From assembly GCF_963921235.1 (NCBI RefSeq), contig NC_086097.1, positions 251,598,001 through 251,662,000 of the forward strand: 64,000 nt of DNA, in the 5' to 3' direction. Shown one piece after another: positions 50,746-64,000 of the stretch. The notes under the pieces are model-generated. The model saw only the letters and a list, made by a program, of their open reading frames with translations. It did no database searches and was not told the DNA's origin. This stretch comes from Mobula hypostoma. Its lineage: Eukaryota. The position numbers and the translations under genes were made by a program. The first letter of the stretch is position 1; every line of letters starts with the position of its first letter.

Positions 50746-53299
50746 TAGCTTGCGTAAACATTGACAGCTCGGTCGATAACAACCTCATTCTGTGAACTTC
50801 TGCTGATTGGGTATTTCCTTTATCAGATGAATACAAGTCAGATTCAATGTTGTGGCTGCCCCCCACAATTCCTGGGGTGTGTTCAACGTTGAAAGTAAGT
50901 TTATTATCAAAGTACGCATATGTCACCATAAACAACCCTGAGATTCACTCTCTTGTGAGTGTACACAGCAGAACAGAGAAATACAAGAGACTCAGTAAAA
51001 AACTACACACCATCAGAGACCGGCAAACAACCAATGTGCAAAGGAAGACAAACTATTTTTTAAAAAAGTAATAAACATGTCTAAATAATATTGTAGAGTC
51101 ATTGGAAGTGAGCCCGTAGGTTATGGAATCATTTGAGTGTTCAGATGATTTATCCACGCTGGTTTGGAAACCTGATGGTTGAGGGGTCATAACTGTTCCT
51201 GAACCTGGTGATGTGGGCCCTGAGTCTCCTGTAGCACCTTCCTGATGGCAGCAGTGAGAAGGGAGCATGGCCTGTGTGGTGGTGGTCCTTGATGATGGCT
51301 GCTGCTTTCCTGCAACAGCGCTCCGCGTAGATGAGCTCAGTGGTGGGGAGGGCTTTACTCGTGATGGGTGAAGCCCTCCCCATCATTGAGGATGTCACAT
51401 CGTTTATGAGGCCAACCACTGTGGTGTCATCAGTGAACTTGATGATTCGGTCTGAACTGGATCTAGCAGTACAGTCAAGTGTCAGCAGTGGGCTGAGCTC
51501 GCAGCCCTGGGGAGCACCAGTGCTCAGCGTGATGGAGCTAGAGATGTTTCTGCCAACATGCACTGACTATGGCCTTTCTGTCAAGAAGTCCGGGGTTCAG
51601 TTACAGGGAAAGGTGTTGAATGAATCAAACAAATCAAGTTTAATTATCATTCAACCTATACATGGATACAGTTGAATGAGGCAGCATTCCTCTGGGGCCA
51701 AGCCGCATAACATACATTCAAAATAGCGAGAGAGCGAGAGAGAAAGAGAAAACGCACATTGTTACGCAAGAAAACACACAGAGTCCAGGACCCTGGCCAA
51801 CATGCAAATTGATGGTACAGCTCCTGGCAATCCAGCCTGTCATTCCACCAGTTGAACACTGGAGAGCAGCACAGATGGGCGAGGACAGCCCCAAACCGAG
51901 CATGGATGCCTTGCTACACTGCCTCTGCCTTCTCCTCACCTGGACTGCAGCAGCAGGCAAGACCGTGGCTTGAGGCCTAGTCCTTGCTACAACCAAGGCT
52001 ATGCTGCTGCCTTGCCACTGGTCTCATCGGCAAATAAGGGAAACAGGCTGCAGCATCTTACATTATCAACGCCTAATGGTCTTGCGATAGCAAGAGGAAT
52101 GTTCAAGACAGTCAGTCACCGTTACACGGCACGCAGCTTTCATATACCAACTCCAATGCAGGCAGCAACATGGTCTGCACCCAGGTCAGCTCCTCTGAGC
52201 CTTCTCCTGACTCCTTCAACACCCTGGCCAGCCGCTCTGAACAATGAGCAGATCACTGATGAGGTGGACCTGCTGTACTTGTAGTTCTTGGAGTCCAGTT
52301 TAGTCTTACGATCATAAAAAAAAACATTTTAAAAAGAAACGTTTTTGGTTGGTCCTGGGAGGCTGAACATACCATCATCTTACTGGAAGTGAGACGCACG
52401 TGAGCTCAACAAGTACAGTTTACCCACTAGCTTCTGAGGAGTGACCGTATTGAACAATGTTCCTGGCCTTCTTTCCATTTCCTTGAGGTGATCCAGTACC
52501 AACTCTGCACAACATCTCCGACCAGCTTCCAGGGACATCAGGGTCCTTCTCTTAGATTCATAGATCCATGCAAAGCAGAAGCTGACCCTTCTTTCCACCA
52601 TTTCTTTATTTAGAGATAAATGCAGAACAGGCCCTTCTGGCCCAAAGAACCTCTCCGCCCAGCAACTCACCTGTTTTAACCCTAGCCTAACCACAGCACA
52701 ATTTACTTTATACTTTATTGTCACCAAACAATGGATATTAGAGCGTACGATCATCGCAGCGATATATGATTCTGCTCTTCGTGCTCTCTGGAGTACAAGT
52801 CAATAGTAAATATTAAAAATTTAAATTATAAATCATAAATAGAAAACAGAAAGGGGAAAGTAAGGTAGTGCAAAAAAACCGAGAGGCAGGTCCGGATATT
52901 TATAATGATGAAGTAACCTACTAACTAGGACGTCTTCAGACTGCAGTAGTGGTTTATGACTCTATGACTCAAGGGTGGTTTCAGTGTGGAACGAGCTGCA
53001 GAGAAAGTGACTGAGGCAGGTACAGTAGCAACCTTCAAAGACACTTGGACATATATACAGTACATGCAGACAAATGGGACAAACTTAGACAGGGCATGTT
53101 GGTCAGCAAGTACCAAAGGGCCCCTTTCCATGCTGTACACTGTAACTGTATACCTCTCTCTCCCTGAACTTAGATTTGAAAAGTACTGAAAGACATTGGC
53201 AAGGTAAGTTTGTGGTGAGAGATTGTGAGCGGCCAGGATACAGAACATTACAGTTTAGCCCTTCCAACCTTTTAACCTACTCTAAGATCAATCTAACAC

Positions 53300-53960
53300 G
53301 GCCTCCTCGACATCGGTGAAACCCGACGCAGATTGGGGGACTGCTTCGTTGAGCACCTCCGCTCTGTCCGCCAAAACAGACAGCATCTCTCAGTAGCCAC
53401 CCACTTCAACTCTGCTTCCCATTCCCATTCAGATATGTCCGTACATGGCCTCCTCTACTGCCATGTTGAGGCTAAACTCAGGTTGGAGGAGCAACACCTC
53501 ATATACCGTCTAGGTAGTCTCCAGCCCCTTGGTATGAACATAGAATTCTCCAACTTCCGGTAATTCCCTTCCCCTCCCTTCCCCTATCCCTATGTCACTC
53601 TGCCTCCTCCCCCAGCTGCCTATCACCTCCCTCATGGTTCCGCCTCCTTCTACTACCCATTATGTTTTTCCCCTATTCCTTCTTCACCTTTCCTGCCTAT
53701 CACCTCCCTGCCTCCCCTTCCCTACCCCTTTATCTTTCCCCTTACTGGTTTTTCACCTGGAACCTACCAGTCTTCTCCTTCCCACCCTCCCCCCACCTTC
53801 TTTATAGGGCCTCTGCCCCTTCCCCCTACAGTCCTGACGAAGGGTTCCGGCCCGAAACGTCAACTCATCGTTTCCACGGATGCTGCCTGACATGCTGAGT
53901 TCCTCCGACGTGTTGTGAGTGTTGCTTTCACCCCAGCATCTGCAGATTATTTTGTGTTTA
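53300..53960 (+). mobile_element. Penelope 3' fragment with hammerhead motif at 53830-53865
   Basis: LEEQHLIYRLGSLQPLGMNIEFSNFR*; agtc-CTGACGA-agggttccggccc-GAAA-cGTC-aact. Confidence 0.85.
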
Positions 53961-54145
53961 CACCTCCTTGTCCTTTCTTCTATCCCACCACACATCCCCC
54001 TTCCCACCTCCTTGTCCTTTCTTCTGTCCTGCCACACATCCCCCTTCCCACCTCCTTGTCCTTTCTTCTATCCTACCACACATCCCCCTTCCCACCTCCT
54101 TGTCCATTCTTCTGTCCTACCACACATCCCCCTTCCCACCTCCTT
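53961..54145. repeat. 44-bp pyrimidine-rich minisatellite, ~4.2 copies
   Basis: Unit cacctccttgtcctttcttct(a/g)tcc(c/t)accacacatcccccttcc starts at 53961, 54005, 54049, 54093, 54137. Confidence 0.95.
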
Positions 54146-54181
54146 TCCCTGCTTCTGCTCCTCGTTTGAATCTATTGTTTA

Positions 54182-54226
54182 CCAGCTAATGCATCTTCAA
54201 TAGAAGATTGAAGATGCATTAGCTGG
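54182..54226. repeat. Perfect 20-bp inverted repeat with 5-nt loop
   Basis: ccagctaatgcatcttcaat-agaag-attgaagatgcattagctgg. Confidence 0.95.
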
Positions 54227-54329
54227 AAATGAAAGCATCACTAAACAGTCAACATGATGGAAAATTGTTTAAAGTGTGGACTATGTATTTATTTTGTGTC
54301 TGGGAGGAATTTTGGTTTTCAGACATTAA

Positions 54330-54645
54330 AGTTCTGCTTTATTTATCACATGTACATCAGAAGATACAGTGAAATCCGTTGTTTGCATCAAATGAAATCA
54401 GTGAGGATTGTGCTGGGCAGCCTGCAAGTGTTGCCACATTTCTGGTGCCAAATTAGAATACCCACAACTTACTTGCCCAAACCTGTATGTCTTTGGACTG
54501 TGGGAGGAAACCAGAGCACCCGGAGGAAACCCACAGGGTCATGGGAAGAATGTACAAACTCCTTAGACAGTGGTGGGAATTGAACCCTGATCTTATTGTT
54601 GACACTGTACTAACACTACACCAACTGCTACACTACTGTGCAACC
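54330..54645 (-). mobile_element. V-domain SINE
   Basis: tgtgggaggaaaccagagcacccggaggaaaccca and gggaattgaaccc are the reverse complement of the V core and B box. Confidence 0.8.
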
Positions 54646-56284
54646 TAACATTGTCATTTCCACAATACTTTGCCACCTCAGTTTGCAACTTGTATAGAGC
54701 TCAGTGTAGCACCTCTTGTGACCAAGCACAAGTATCCAACAGAACAGCAGTCTGGGGTTTGACTGTGGCAAAGAGATGAATCAATTGCATTTGGGTTTCC
54801 CTGAGTGGCTTATTCCCGGTAATTTCATGAGGTTAAGCCAGTGGACTTTAGCAAGGGCTTTGATGAAGTCATGCATGGACGGTATGTGTTTGGACTGTGG
54901 GAGGAAACCCATGAGATTACGGGGAGAACATAAACTCTCCTTACAGACAGTGCCGCAGTTGAGCTCCGAAAGCCGGAATGCTACGAGCTGTAATAGTGTC
55001 CCCCAACTGCTACGTCACTGCAGTGCCCTGTGATGAAATGTCGATTGTTTATTAATCTGCCTGACCTGTTGAGTTCCTCCAGCATTTTGTCTGAGTTACT
55101 CCTGCGTTTGCTTTAATATTCCCGTTTCTGCCCGATGAGAGAAGATACGGGCTGCCGAGAGGGTGAAGCTGGGAATGGGTGAACAGTCGGTAAGTAATTC
55201 TTTCCCTGGAATGCCGTGCCAATCACACGGAAAACTGTAGTGAAAGCCAACACATTGACTCCTATGAACAGAAGTCATTTATTGAGGAGATGTGATATTC
55301 TGCTCGTTGTAATTACACAGTTGGGGAGTAATGGTTATAAGTGATGAGCAATTTAACTCGGTTATAAAGATTACAGAAGGATTTTGTCAGCCTGAAAATA
55401 AATTCTGGAAAAAGTTATAATGACTTTCCTTTTGTTTTTTAGTCAGATATTTGAAAATACTTGATGTTGGATTTAGTCTTGCAGTATAATGTCAACCATG
55501 AGTCACAGGAGTAGATTTAGGCTGCTTGGCCTATCAAGTCTGCTCCACCATTCCATCATGGGAGACTTATTATCCCTCTCAACCCATTCTCCTGCCTTCT
55601 CTCCTTATCCAGAAGATAGAAGAGTAGAACCGGGCCATTTGACTCATTGAGTCTGCTCAGCCATTTCATCGTGGTTGATCCCCATTTCCGCTCAGCCGCA
55701 ATCTCCTGCCTTCTCCCCGTATCCCTTCATGCCCTGACCAATCAAGAATCTATCAACCTCTGCCTTAAATAAATATAAAGGCTTGGCCTCCACAGCTGCC
55801 TGTGGCAAAAAAATTCCACAGATTCTCCACTCCCTGGCTAAAGAAATTCCTCCTCACCGCTGCTCTAAAAGGACACCCCTCTATCCTGAGGCTTTGTCCT
55901 CAGGTCTTAGACTTTCCCATCATGGGAAACATCCTCTCCACATCCACTTTGTCTAGGCCTTTAGACATTCGATAGGTTTCAATGAGGTCACCCCTCATTC
56001 TTCTAAATTCATGTGAGTACAGGCCCAGAGCCATCCAACACTCCTCATATTGTATGTTAACCCTTTCATTCCTGGAACATGTCTAATTCCTTCTGCAGAC
56101 TCCCTGGTTCCTCAACCCCACTTACCCTTGGGTCGTCTGCAAACATATCCACAAATCCATCAACAAAGTCATTGACGTATAACTTCAAATAAAGTGATCC
56201 CAACACTAACCTATGTCTGCAAATCACCATTAGTCACTGACAGCCAAACTTCTCTATGTTTGTGTAGACAGTGATAACGGCAGA

Positions 56285-57055
56285 AAACAGGGAGTGGAGT
56301 CAATAAGCTACAGAACCTGGGCCTCTGTACCTGCCTCTGCAACTGGATCCTTGACTTCCTAACTGGAAGACCACATTCTGTGCAGATTGGCAATAATATC
56401 TCCTCCTTGCTGACGATCAACACTGGCACACCTCAGGGGTGTGTGCTTAGCCCACTGCTCTACTCTCTATAAACCCATGACTGTGTGGCGAGGCATAGCT
56501 CAAATACCATCTATAAATTTGTTGATGATACCAGCCATTGTTGGCAGAATAGGCGGGCGTAAGGGAGTGAGATATACCAGCTAGTTGAGTAGTGTCGCAG
56601 CAACTCAATGTCAATAAGACAAAACAGCTGATTGTGGACTTCAGGAAGGGTAAGATGAGGGAACATGAACCAATTCCTTTAGAGGATGAGCAGTGGGGGG
56701 AGTGAGCAATTTCAAGTTCTTGGCTGTTGAGATCTCTGAGGATCTAACCTGGTCCCAATGTATCAATGTGGCTACAAAAAAGGCAAGACAGCGGCTATAT
56801 TTCATTCAGAGTCTGAGGAAATTTGGATTGCCACACAAAACACACAAACCTCTATAGATGTACCGTGGAAAGAATTCTGACAGGCTGCATCACTGTCTGG
56901 TATGAAGGTGGGGGTGGGAGGGCTACTGCACAGGACCGAAATAGGCTAGAGAAAGTTGTAAAATTAGTCAGCTCCATTTTGGGTACCAGCCTCTGTAGTA
57001 TCCAAGACATCTTTAAGGAGCGGTGCCTCAGAAGGGTGGCGTCCATCATTATGGA
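56285..57055 (+). mobile_element. Rex1/Babar-like RT fragment, interrupted by the BEL element
   Basis: [45 protein letters not shown]. Confidence 0.85.
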
Positions 57056-60000
57056 TGTCAAATCAAGCTAGAGTTTCTAGAAAGTATTGGGACCTAGAGG
57101 CAAAAGAAAATAAAATTTAAAAGTAATAGCAAGAATCCACTGATAGACTGGATGGAACTCACTGCCTGAGTGCTGCTTCTGCCTGGAACATCGGGAGGAC
57201 CTGGCAGCATCACAGCGGCAGTCCGGGAGCAGCGTTGAAATCTGCGGTAAGATGCTGAACTTGAAGTAACTTTAGAGACTTTTTCATGGAAGAGAGCACT
57301 GCTGTTGCTGTGTTTTGGGTCAGCGCGAGCTTCGCGTCACGGGATCATCGCACACAGGCGCTTCTGGGAAATGGCGCAAGGTTTAAGAAGAGCTCAGGAA
57401 CCTTCGGGAAGGCACACCCAGTTTGAAAATATAATGGTCCTATGAGGAAGCGGAGAGGTGCAGGTCGGAATCTGCAGAGATAGCCAGTTTTTCACCTAAT
57501 AACTAATAACTAATGATTAGTGTCTTATGACTAGTGTCTAATGACTAAAGACTAAGTTAAAAAACCCTCAGGTAGATGCATTCAATCCCTTTCAAGTGGG
57601 GAAGCTGCACATGTTCAAATAACAAAAAGAAATCCAACTTGACAGTGATAAACCGGTTGACCGGGAAACTGGAGGACCAGGAAATGGAAATCTGGGAGCA
57701 TTGAGCTGGAACAGCAGGAGCAATAACCTGGGATCCTGAAAAGGAAGAAAATCAAGTTAAGATAAAACAACATCAAAGCATCATTAAAAAGTTGTACTTA
57801 CCTTCTCACCTGTGAACAGCCTGCAGAGGAAATCAAACATGGCTGATCAAGCTATTGGGAAATCAATTGAGCAACTCAAGGTAGAGCTAACAACAGCAGA
57901 AAGATTATTTTCTCGTCTGGTCAACAGTATTACCAGGACTTATGAAGACATGTCTGATGAGGAGGTCAGAGTCAGTTTCAATAAACTCACAATAGAAGCC
58001 GAGAAAGTCATGGAAGCCAATGATGATGCAGAGGCCGGTTTCACTGCAGAACTGGAGGTGGAGCTGAACACAGAGCAAGTAGCTGTGTTAACTGAACAGC
58101 AAAAAGCCGACCTGGCAAAGGCAGCAAATGAGTGTGAGTTGAAACTAAAGGAGGTCAGAAGCCTAATCCAGGGGACTCATTGGGCCAACTTTGGAAATAT
58201 TGAATTGCACTACAAGCAGCAGAGGATGAATGTAAAAACGTCACTGCTGTAGAACCCGATGGCAACCAGGAGGTGTATGACTTCATGCTTAACCACCTGC
58301 AAGGACTGGTAAAGACAGCGAAGGAGGTGCATGGTCGGTGGAAACGATGGATCCCACCAGGGGATCAGAAGGACCTTCAGAGTCACCTAAAGGGGCTCGA
58401 ACTCCACATCCCCAAGTTGGTTTCCAAGAAAGCCCACTTCATACAGGCAAGGAGAAAGGAGGATGCTGAAAGACTAATACCGATGGCATTGGACTTTTCC
58501 TCCAATTTTCCCACGCCAGCCATCAGATTGAAACCGACGGCCCTTCCCAAGTTTACTGGCAGCAAATGTGATTTTCACAGGTGGAGAAAGAACTGGGAAG
58601 CACGCCAGAGGCAGGGAGAGCCGACCGGTTCAAGAGAGGTGAAAAAGTTTCAACTACTGGACAATCTTGACGACAAAATCAGAAGAGACCTTCGCCTCAC
58701 TACTTATAACATTGCAGATGACATCTTCCGTGTTCTAGAAAACCGCTATGGAAATCAAACGTGCATTACTATTGAAATAGTGGAAGAGTTACAGAAAATG
58801 CCAGCTGTCAGAAATCATCAGTCACGGAAAATAGTGGAATTAATTCAAGCTGTGGAGAAGGCACTTCAAGACTTGAGTGACCTTGGAGACACGGGTGCTA
58901 TCAAAAATCTGCTGGTGACAAGATCAATTGAAAGTAAACTTCCAGAAACTCTCAAAAAGGAATGGCTGGTCTATGTTGCTGACAGGAGAAATACTGTGAC
59001 ACCAGATAATTGGTTTGACAGCCTCTTGGAATGCCTCAAAGGGCGAGAGAGCATATATGAGCAGCTCGAGCAACTGAGGGATGAAGAGCCAAGTAGAAGA
59101 GAAACCAGGGCTGAGCCAAGACATGCCAGAACCAAGTCCCCAAAGTCAGGCAACAACCATGCAGGGTGTGTAGATGGAAAGCACAAATGGAAGCTCTACT
59201 TTTGCAAACAGTTTTGAGTGCTAAAGCTACCAGAGAAAAAGGCTGCAGTTAAGAAAGTTGGGGGCATGCAAGAGGTGTCTTGAGGTTCATGATGACAGTT
59301 CATACTGCAAACCTGCCTATCTGTGTAAAAACCAAGACTGCAAGGATGAGCATACTCCTGAGCATCATTACTCTCTGTGCCCCAATGCTGAAATAAAGAA
59401 AAGCAGCGCAGGTCAGAAAAAGAGCAGATTTGGTCCAGAGGAAGATGAAGGCTGGAAGAAATATACAGAGGATCAAGAGGAGTTCCTCAGCAAACTTTCA
59501 CCAGAATTGGCCAAACAATGTCGCAATGTATTTTCAAACACTGCATCCAGAACCTTCAGCACTGTGAAAGATAAACTGGACCTTCTGGTGGAAAGTGGAT
59601 TGCAAGAGCTGCCAGTGATTATGATGCTTCTCGAGGTCACAGCTAATGCTGGGCAAAAAATTGGGACGTTAATTGACTTGACTTCAGACACCAATTATAT
59701 AACCCACAAGGCTGCAAGCAGACTGAACCTCAGAAGTGAGGAAATCACTCTTGTCGTCCATGGAGTTGGGGGAATGAAGGTTCAGGTGGAGACAAAGCGG
59801 TACCTTCTAAAAATCAGAGTAAACACTCCCAAGGGCACTCTCAAATCACACCAATTGGTTTGTTATGGACTAGACAGCATTGCAAATGTCCACAAATATG
59901 TGACACCAAAGCAACTGCAGAAATTCTTCCCAGACATACCGCTTGATGAACTTGTGAGACCCAGAGAAATAAATTTACTCATAAGCCATAGAGAAGGTCA

Positions 60001-63000
60001 GCTAGCGCCTCAGAGAACCAGAGCTGTTGGAGACCTTGTGCTGTGGGATGGACCACTGGGGAAGACGGTCGGAGGAGCACATCCTGATCTCTTTGAGGAG
60101 CTGTCAGTGTTGACCCACAGGTCCAAGACACATTTTGCAAGGTCAATGACAGCAGCTGCTGTAAAGTATGAGGAGCTCACCAATAGAGTCCCAGAGCAAC
60201 TTCCACCAAACAGGATGGCATCAAGCTCCAGGAATCAGGTATTTTAAGCACCAACCAGGACTTCCTAGAGTGGTGGAAGTGGGATAGTATTGGTGTAGCA
60301 TGCGAGCCAAAGTACTGGGGTTGCTGCTGCGGAAACTGCCAGCTGGGCAGCAAAGGAATGACTCTCGCTGAGGAGAGGGAACTTGAAGTTGTAAAAAGTG
60401 GCCTCACCTATGTCACAGGTGACTGCCACAGCAAGGAACCACATTGGCACGCCAGATATCATTGGTTAGAAGTTCCAGCTTCCTTGCCAAACAATGAAAG
60501 GACAGTTAAGGCTACATTTCTCAGGACGGAAAAGCAACTAGCCAAAGAACCCAAGTGGGAAGCTGCCTACGCTGCTCAAGTGCATAACATGGTCGATTGA
60601 ACGGCTGCAATGAAATTGTCCAAGGACACGGTCATCAACTGGAATGGGCCAGTCTGGTACGTGAGTCACCTTATTGTTCCGAACCCGCACTCTGTCACAA
60701 CCCCAGTGAGACTCGTGTGGAATAGCAGCCAAAAGTTCAGAGGCGTGAGCTTGAACAACCTGCTAATGAAAGGTCTAGATGTCCTCAACCAGATTCGCTG
60801 TCCTACTCAGATTCAGGGGCGGAGTATACGCTGCTCTGAGTGACATAAAAAGGATGTACAATTCGGTTCGGTTGGAAGACCGAGAAGTGCACCTGCATAG
60901 AATCCTCTGGCGAGACTCCGAGGACGAGGAGCTGGGGGAATATTCAATCACAAGAGTGAACATCGGAGATAAACCAGCAGGGTGCATTGCGCAGCTAGCA
61001 ATGTGAGAAACTGCTAACCTCCCTCCTTTCACCCACCTCAAAGAGGAGCGGCAGGTGCTCCAACACGACAGCTACGTTGATGACATTCTCACATCCCACA
61101 ACAACCTTGACCAGCTGAAATCCATCTAAGCAAATGTGGAGCAGATCCTGAAGGCCGGAGGTTTCGAGCTCAAGCCTTGGGTCTTTTCTAGGCAAAGTGG
61201 GAGGAAAGAGTGCTGGAGAAGTCCAAGGCAGAAACCATGGTCTTGCCAAACCAAATGCGCGATGATGATAGCAAGGTACTTTGCCTGGGCTACATAGTAG
61301 AAGAGGACAAGCTCCATGTCATGATTGCAATCAATTTCTCGAAGAGAAATTAAAAAAATGAGACTTGGCCAAGACCTTCTTAAGAGCAAATCAGAGACCA
61401 GACGCCAAACCCCCTGACATGAAGAGAACTGCTTAGCCAAGTATCAGGGCTGCATGATCCAGTTGGCCTGGTAACTCCTGCTAAGCAGAAGGGAGCTATT
61501 CTGGTACGAAGGGCATTCCAAGAGGCAAAGGGTGAAAGGTGTCCAGTCAAAGATACATGGGACATAGCATGCTCAGATGGCCTCAGGGAGGATGCAATTA
61601 AGCTCTCCGAGGAGTACATTCAACTTGGCAAGGTAAAGTTCACCAGGGCACTGACTCCCCCATGTTTCACTGAGGAACCCTGGGCAACCACGTTCTCTGA
61701 TGGAAGTGATCACGCCTATGGAGCAGTGATGTACCTAAGGTGGAACTCGGACCAGGGCTCAATCGTCAGGCTGGTGGAATCTAAAGGCAAGTTAACTCCC
61801 TTGGATCACAAAGGTGATGCTGTCAAAGCAGAGTTGTGTGGAGCAGTGTTTGCCTCACACCTGAGAAAGTACTTTGAGCTGCATAGCCGAATCCAAGTTG
61901 GGAGGTGGTACCATTTTGTTGATAGCCAAACAGTCCTTGGTGCAGTACAGCGAGAAAGCTATGGCTATCAAACATTCTTTGCAAGTAAGATCGGAGAGAT
62001 TCAAAACAGCACAGGGATCCAGGACTGGCGGTGGATTCCTGGTCCGCAAAATATTGCTGATTTAATCACCAGAGGAGCCAGCCCTCAAGACCTGGATGAA
62101 GACTCAGAATGGCAAAATGGGCCAAAGTTTTTGAGTTTGCCAGTGAATAAGTGGCCGATGAAATCAGCCAAAGTACTAGCAGCCACTGCCAGGGAAAGCA
62201 TCAACAAGTTGCAAAAGAAGGCATTTGTTGCTGCTTTGACAAAGACCAAGGCAAAGAAACAAGAACCAGCACAAAAACAGTACCAGGTCAAAACAGAACA
62301 ATGGAGACTGCCTGCAGCGTCAGCCATCCGAAGCCTTGTGGACATCAAGCGGTTCAGTGTTCTAACTCGACTGGTCAAAACAGTTGCATGGATCTGGAGA
62401 GCAGCAAAGAAGTTCATTGGACAAAATCAAGCTGTGGACATTCCAAAGTGGGAGGCAGTTTCTTTGACAGGAGTCATCTCAGTAAGGGAACGAGAAGATG
62501 ATCTAAGAGACATTTTTCTAGCAGCACAAGAGGGCGCAACCTTCCCAAGTACCACTGCAGACAGGCTGGTAGTCTACAAAAACCAAGACTTTGGGCTGTT
62601 GGTTTGCGGTGGCTGAGTGCAAATCTTCAAAGAAGATCAAATTGGTGTCCCCATCTTGCTCTATGATGCCTGGGTGTCCACACTGTTAACCCGGGAGGCC
62701 CACAGTGAGAGTCATGACAGAGTGGCAGGAACCTTGCTCAAGATGAGAAGAAAGGCATGGGTCATAAGGGGAAGGAAAATTGCCCAAAAGGTTGTCAATG
62801 GCTGCATGCTCTGCAGGAAGGCAAAAGCAAGGAAATGTCAACAAGTAATGGGTGACTTGCTGTCAGAAAGAACTGAACCTGCTGCACTGTTCCAGTTCAC
62901 AATGGTGGACCTCTTTGGACCCTACCAAGTAAAAGATAACGTCAAGAAAAGAGTAACGCTGAAAGTCTGGGGAGTGGTCTTTTGCTGCATGGCCAGCAGA

Positions 63001-64000
63001 GCCATCCACACAGAGTTGGTAAACACCCTATCAACCAAAGGATTCCTGATGGCCTATCAAAGGTTCACAGCAATCAGGGGACATCCAAGAAAGATCTGGT
63101 CAGATCCAGGCACCAATTTCATTGGAACAAAACCAGCCTTGGAGGAGCTGTACAGATTCTTGAATGGCCTGAACAAAGCAGCCCTGCAGGAGACCGTGGC
63201 AAAAAATGGAACGGGTGGATGTGGAAAATCCATCCTCCTGATTCTCCACACAGGAATGGTGCTACAGAAGCCCCTGTACACATTGTAAAGAGAGCACTCC
63301 AGAGTCTTGGGAAGGAGTCTGGACTCAGTTACAGCGAGTTCCAGACAACCCTTCACATAGCAGCCAACCTTGCCAATGAGCGCCCAATTGATGCCAGGGT
63401 ACAAAGCCGGGAAGACTGTATTCAGTATGTCACACCCAACACTCTTCCACTCAGTCGAGCATCTCAAAGCGGGGATTTCAAAACCTTTGACTTTTCCAAC
63501 TACCCCTACAAAAGACTCCGCGCAATGTAGTCAGAGGTGACCAAGTTCTGAAGGTGCTGGACCCAACTTGCTGGTCCAAATTTGTTTGTCAGGAGCAAGT
63601 GGCATACTGCACAGAGAAACGGCACTATTGGAGACATCGTCTGGTTAAGTGACCAAAATGCACTGAGAGGACATTTCAAGCTTGGCAGAGTGGTCAATAC
63701 CAATCCAGACTGCAAAGGCATGGCGAGGGACGTCAACGTCAGGATCTCCCCAAGCTACAGTATTCTTGTGATGAAAGCTCTGAAAGTAACAAGGCATCCA
63801 TTCTCTGATGGGGAAAAAGACAGGATCCAAGCCACCATCCTTCACAGGGACGTCAGGCGGCTGGTTGTCTTACTACCTGCTGAGGAACAGATGGAAAGTC
63901 AAGTCAACAATACATCGTAAGAACACCGAACTGGGGTCACCAAGTTTGCCTTTGAAGGTGGCGATCTCCCCAGTATTTCCATGGGAAGATCGAGTGGGAG
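57056..64000 (+). mobile_element. BEL/Pao LTR retrotransposon (gag-PR-RT-RH-IN), multiply disrupted; 3' LTR beyond window
   Basis: Starts TGTCA; Gag LKPTALPKFTG plus three Cys/His knuckles; protease TLIDLTSDTNYIT; RT SDIKRMY, YVDD; RNase H FSDGSDHAYGAV; integrase HH-CC, DLFGP, SDPGTNF, NGATE; stop at 63920; purine-rich tract 63983-64000. Confidence 0.95.

Noticed and set aside
53961..54145. Regular repeats resembling a CRISPR array
   Set aside because: Head-to-tail units with no unique spacers; eukaryotic context with no cas genes
55138..55194. Strong donor gtaagt at ~55189 suggesting a small exon
   Set aside because: Acceptor is weak; one frame has a stop and the other is not cadherin-like
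57839..63920. Domesticated or active gag-pol gene
   Set aside because: Many stops and frameshifts, for example TGA at 59216, 60598, 61004, 62614 and TAA at 60245

Overview
Eukaryotic, repeat-dense vertebrate DNA. The repeat mix (CR1 LINEs with SGNH-esterase ORF1, V-domain SINEs, Penelope, Rex1/Babar) suggests a cartilaginous fish; this is inference. Two host genes lie on the + strand. The first is the last two coding exons of DPY19L4 (8686-8850, 14199-14372), with a decayed partial duplicate of the last exon/3'UTR. The second is a CpG-island first exon (30808-31504) encoding a signal peptide, a long pro-region, an RAAR furin-type site and a divergent cadherin-like repeat, probably a 'neural-cadherin-like' type III cadherin. 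The rest is mostly nested transposable elements: a near full-length HERO-type RLE retrotransposon in the last DPY19L4 intron; a 3.1-kb Penelope element with ~830-bp inverted arms and a 14-bp TSD; many Penelope-tail minimal hammerhead ribozyme motifs; a four-level CR1>hAT>Rex1>RTE nest; an R4/Dong (Rex6-like) fragment; Tc1 and Tigger DNA transposons; and a decayed ~7-kb BEL/Pao LTR element cut by the window end. All calls come from reading the sequence; no searches were run. Most short ORFs in the track are TE fragments or spurious.
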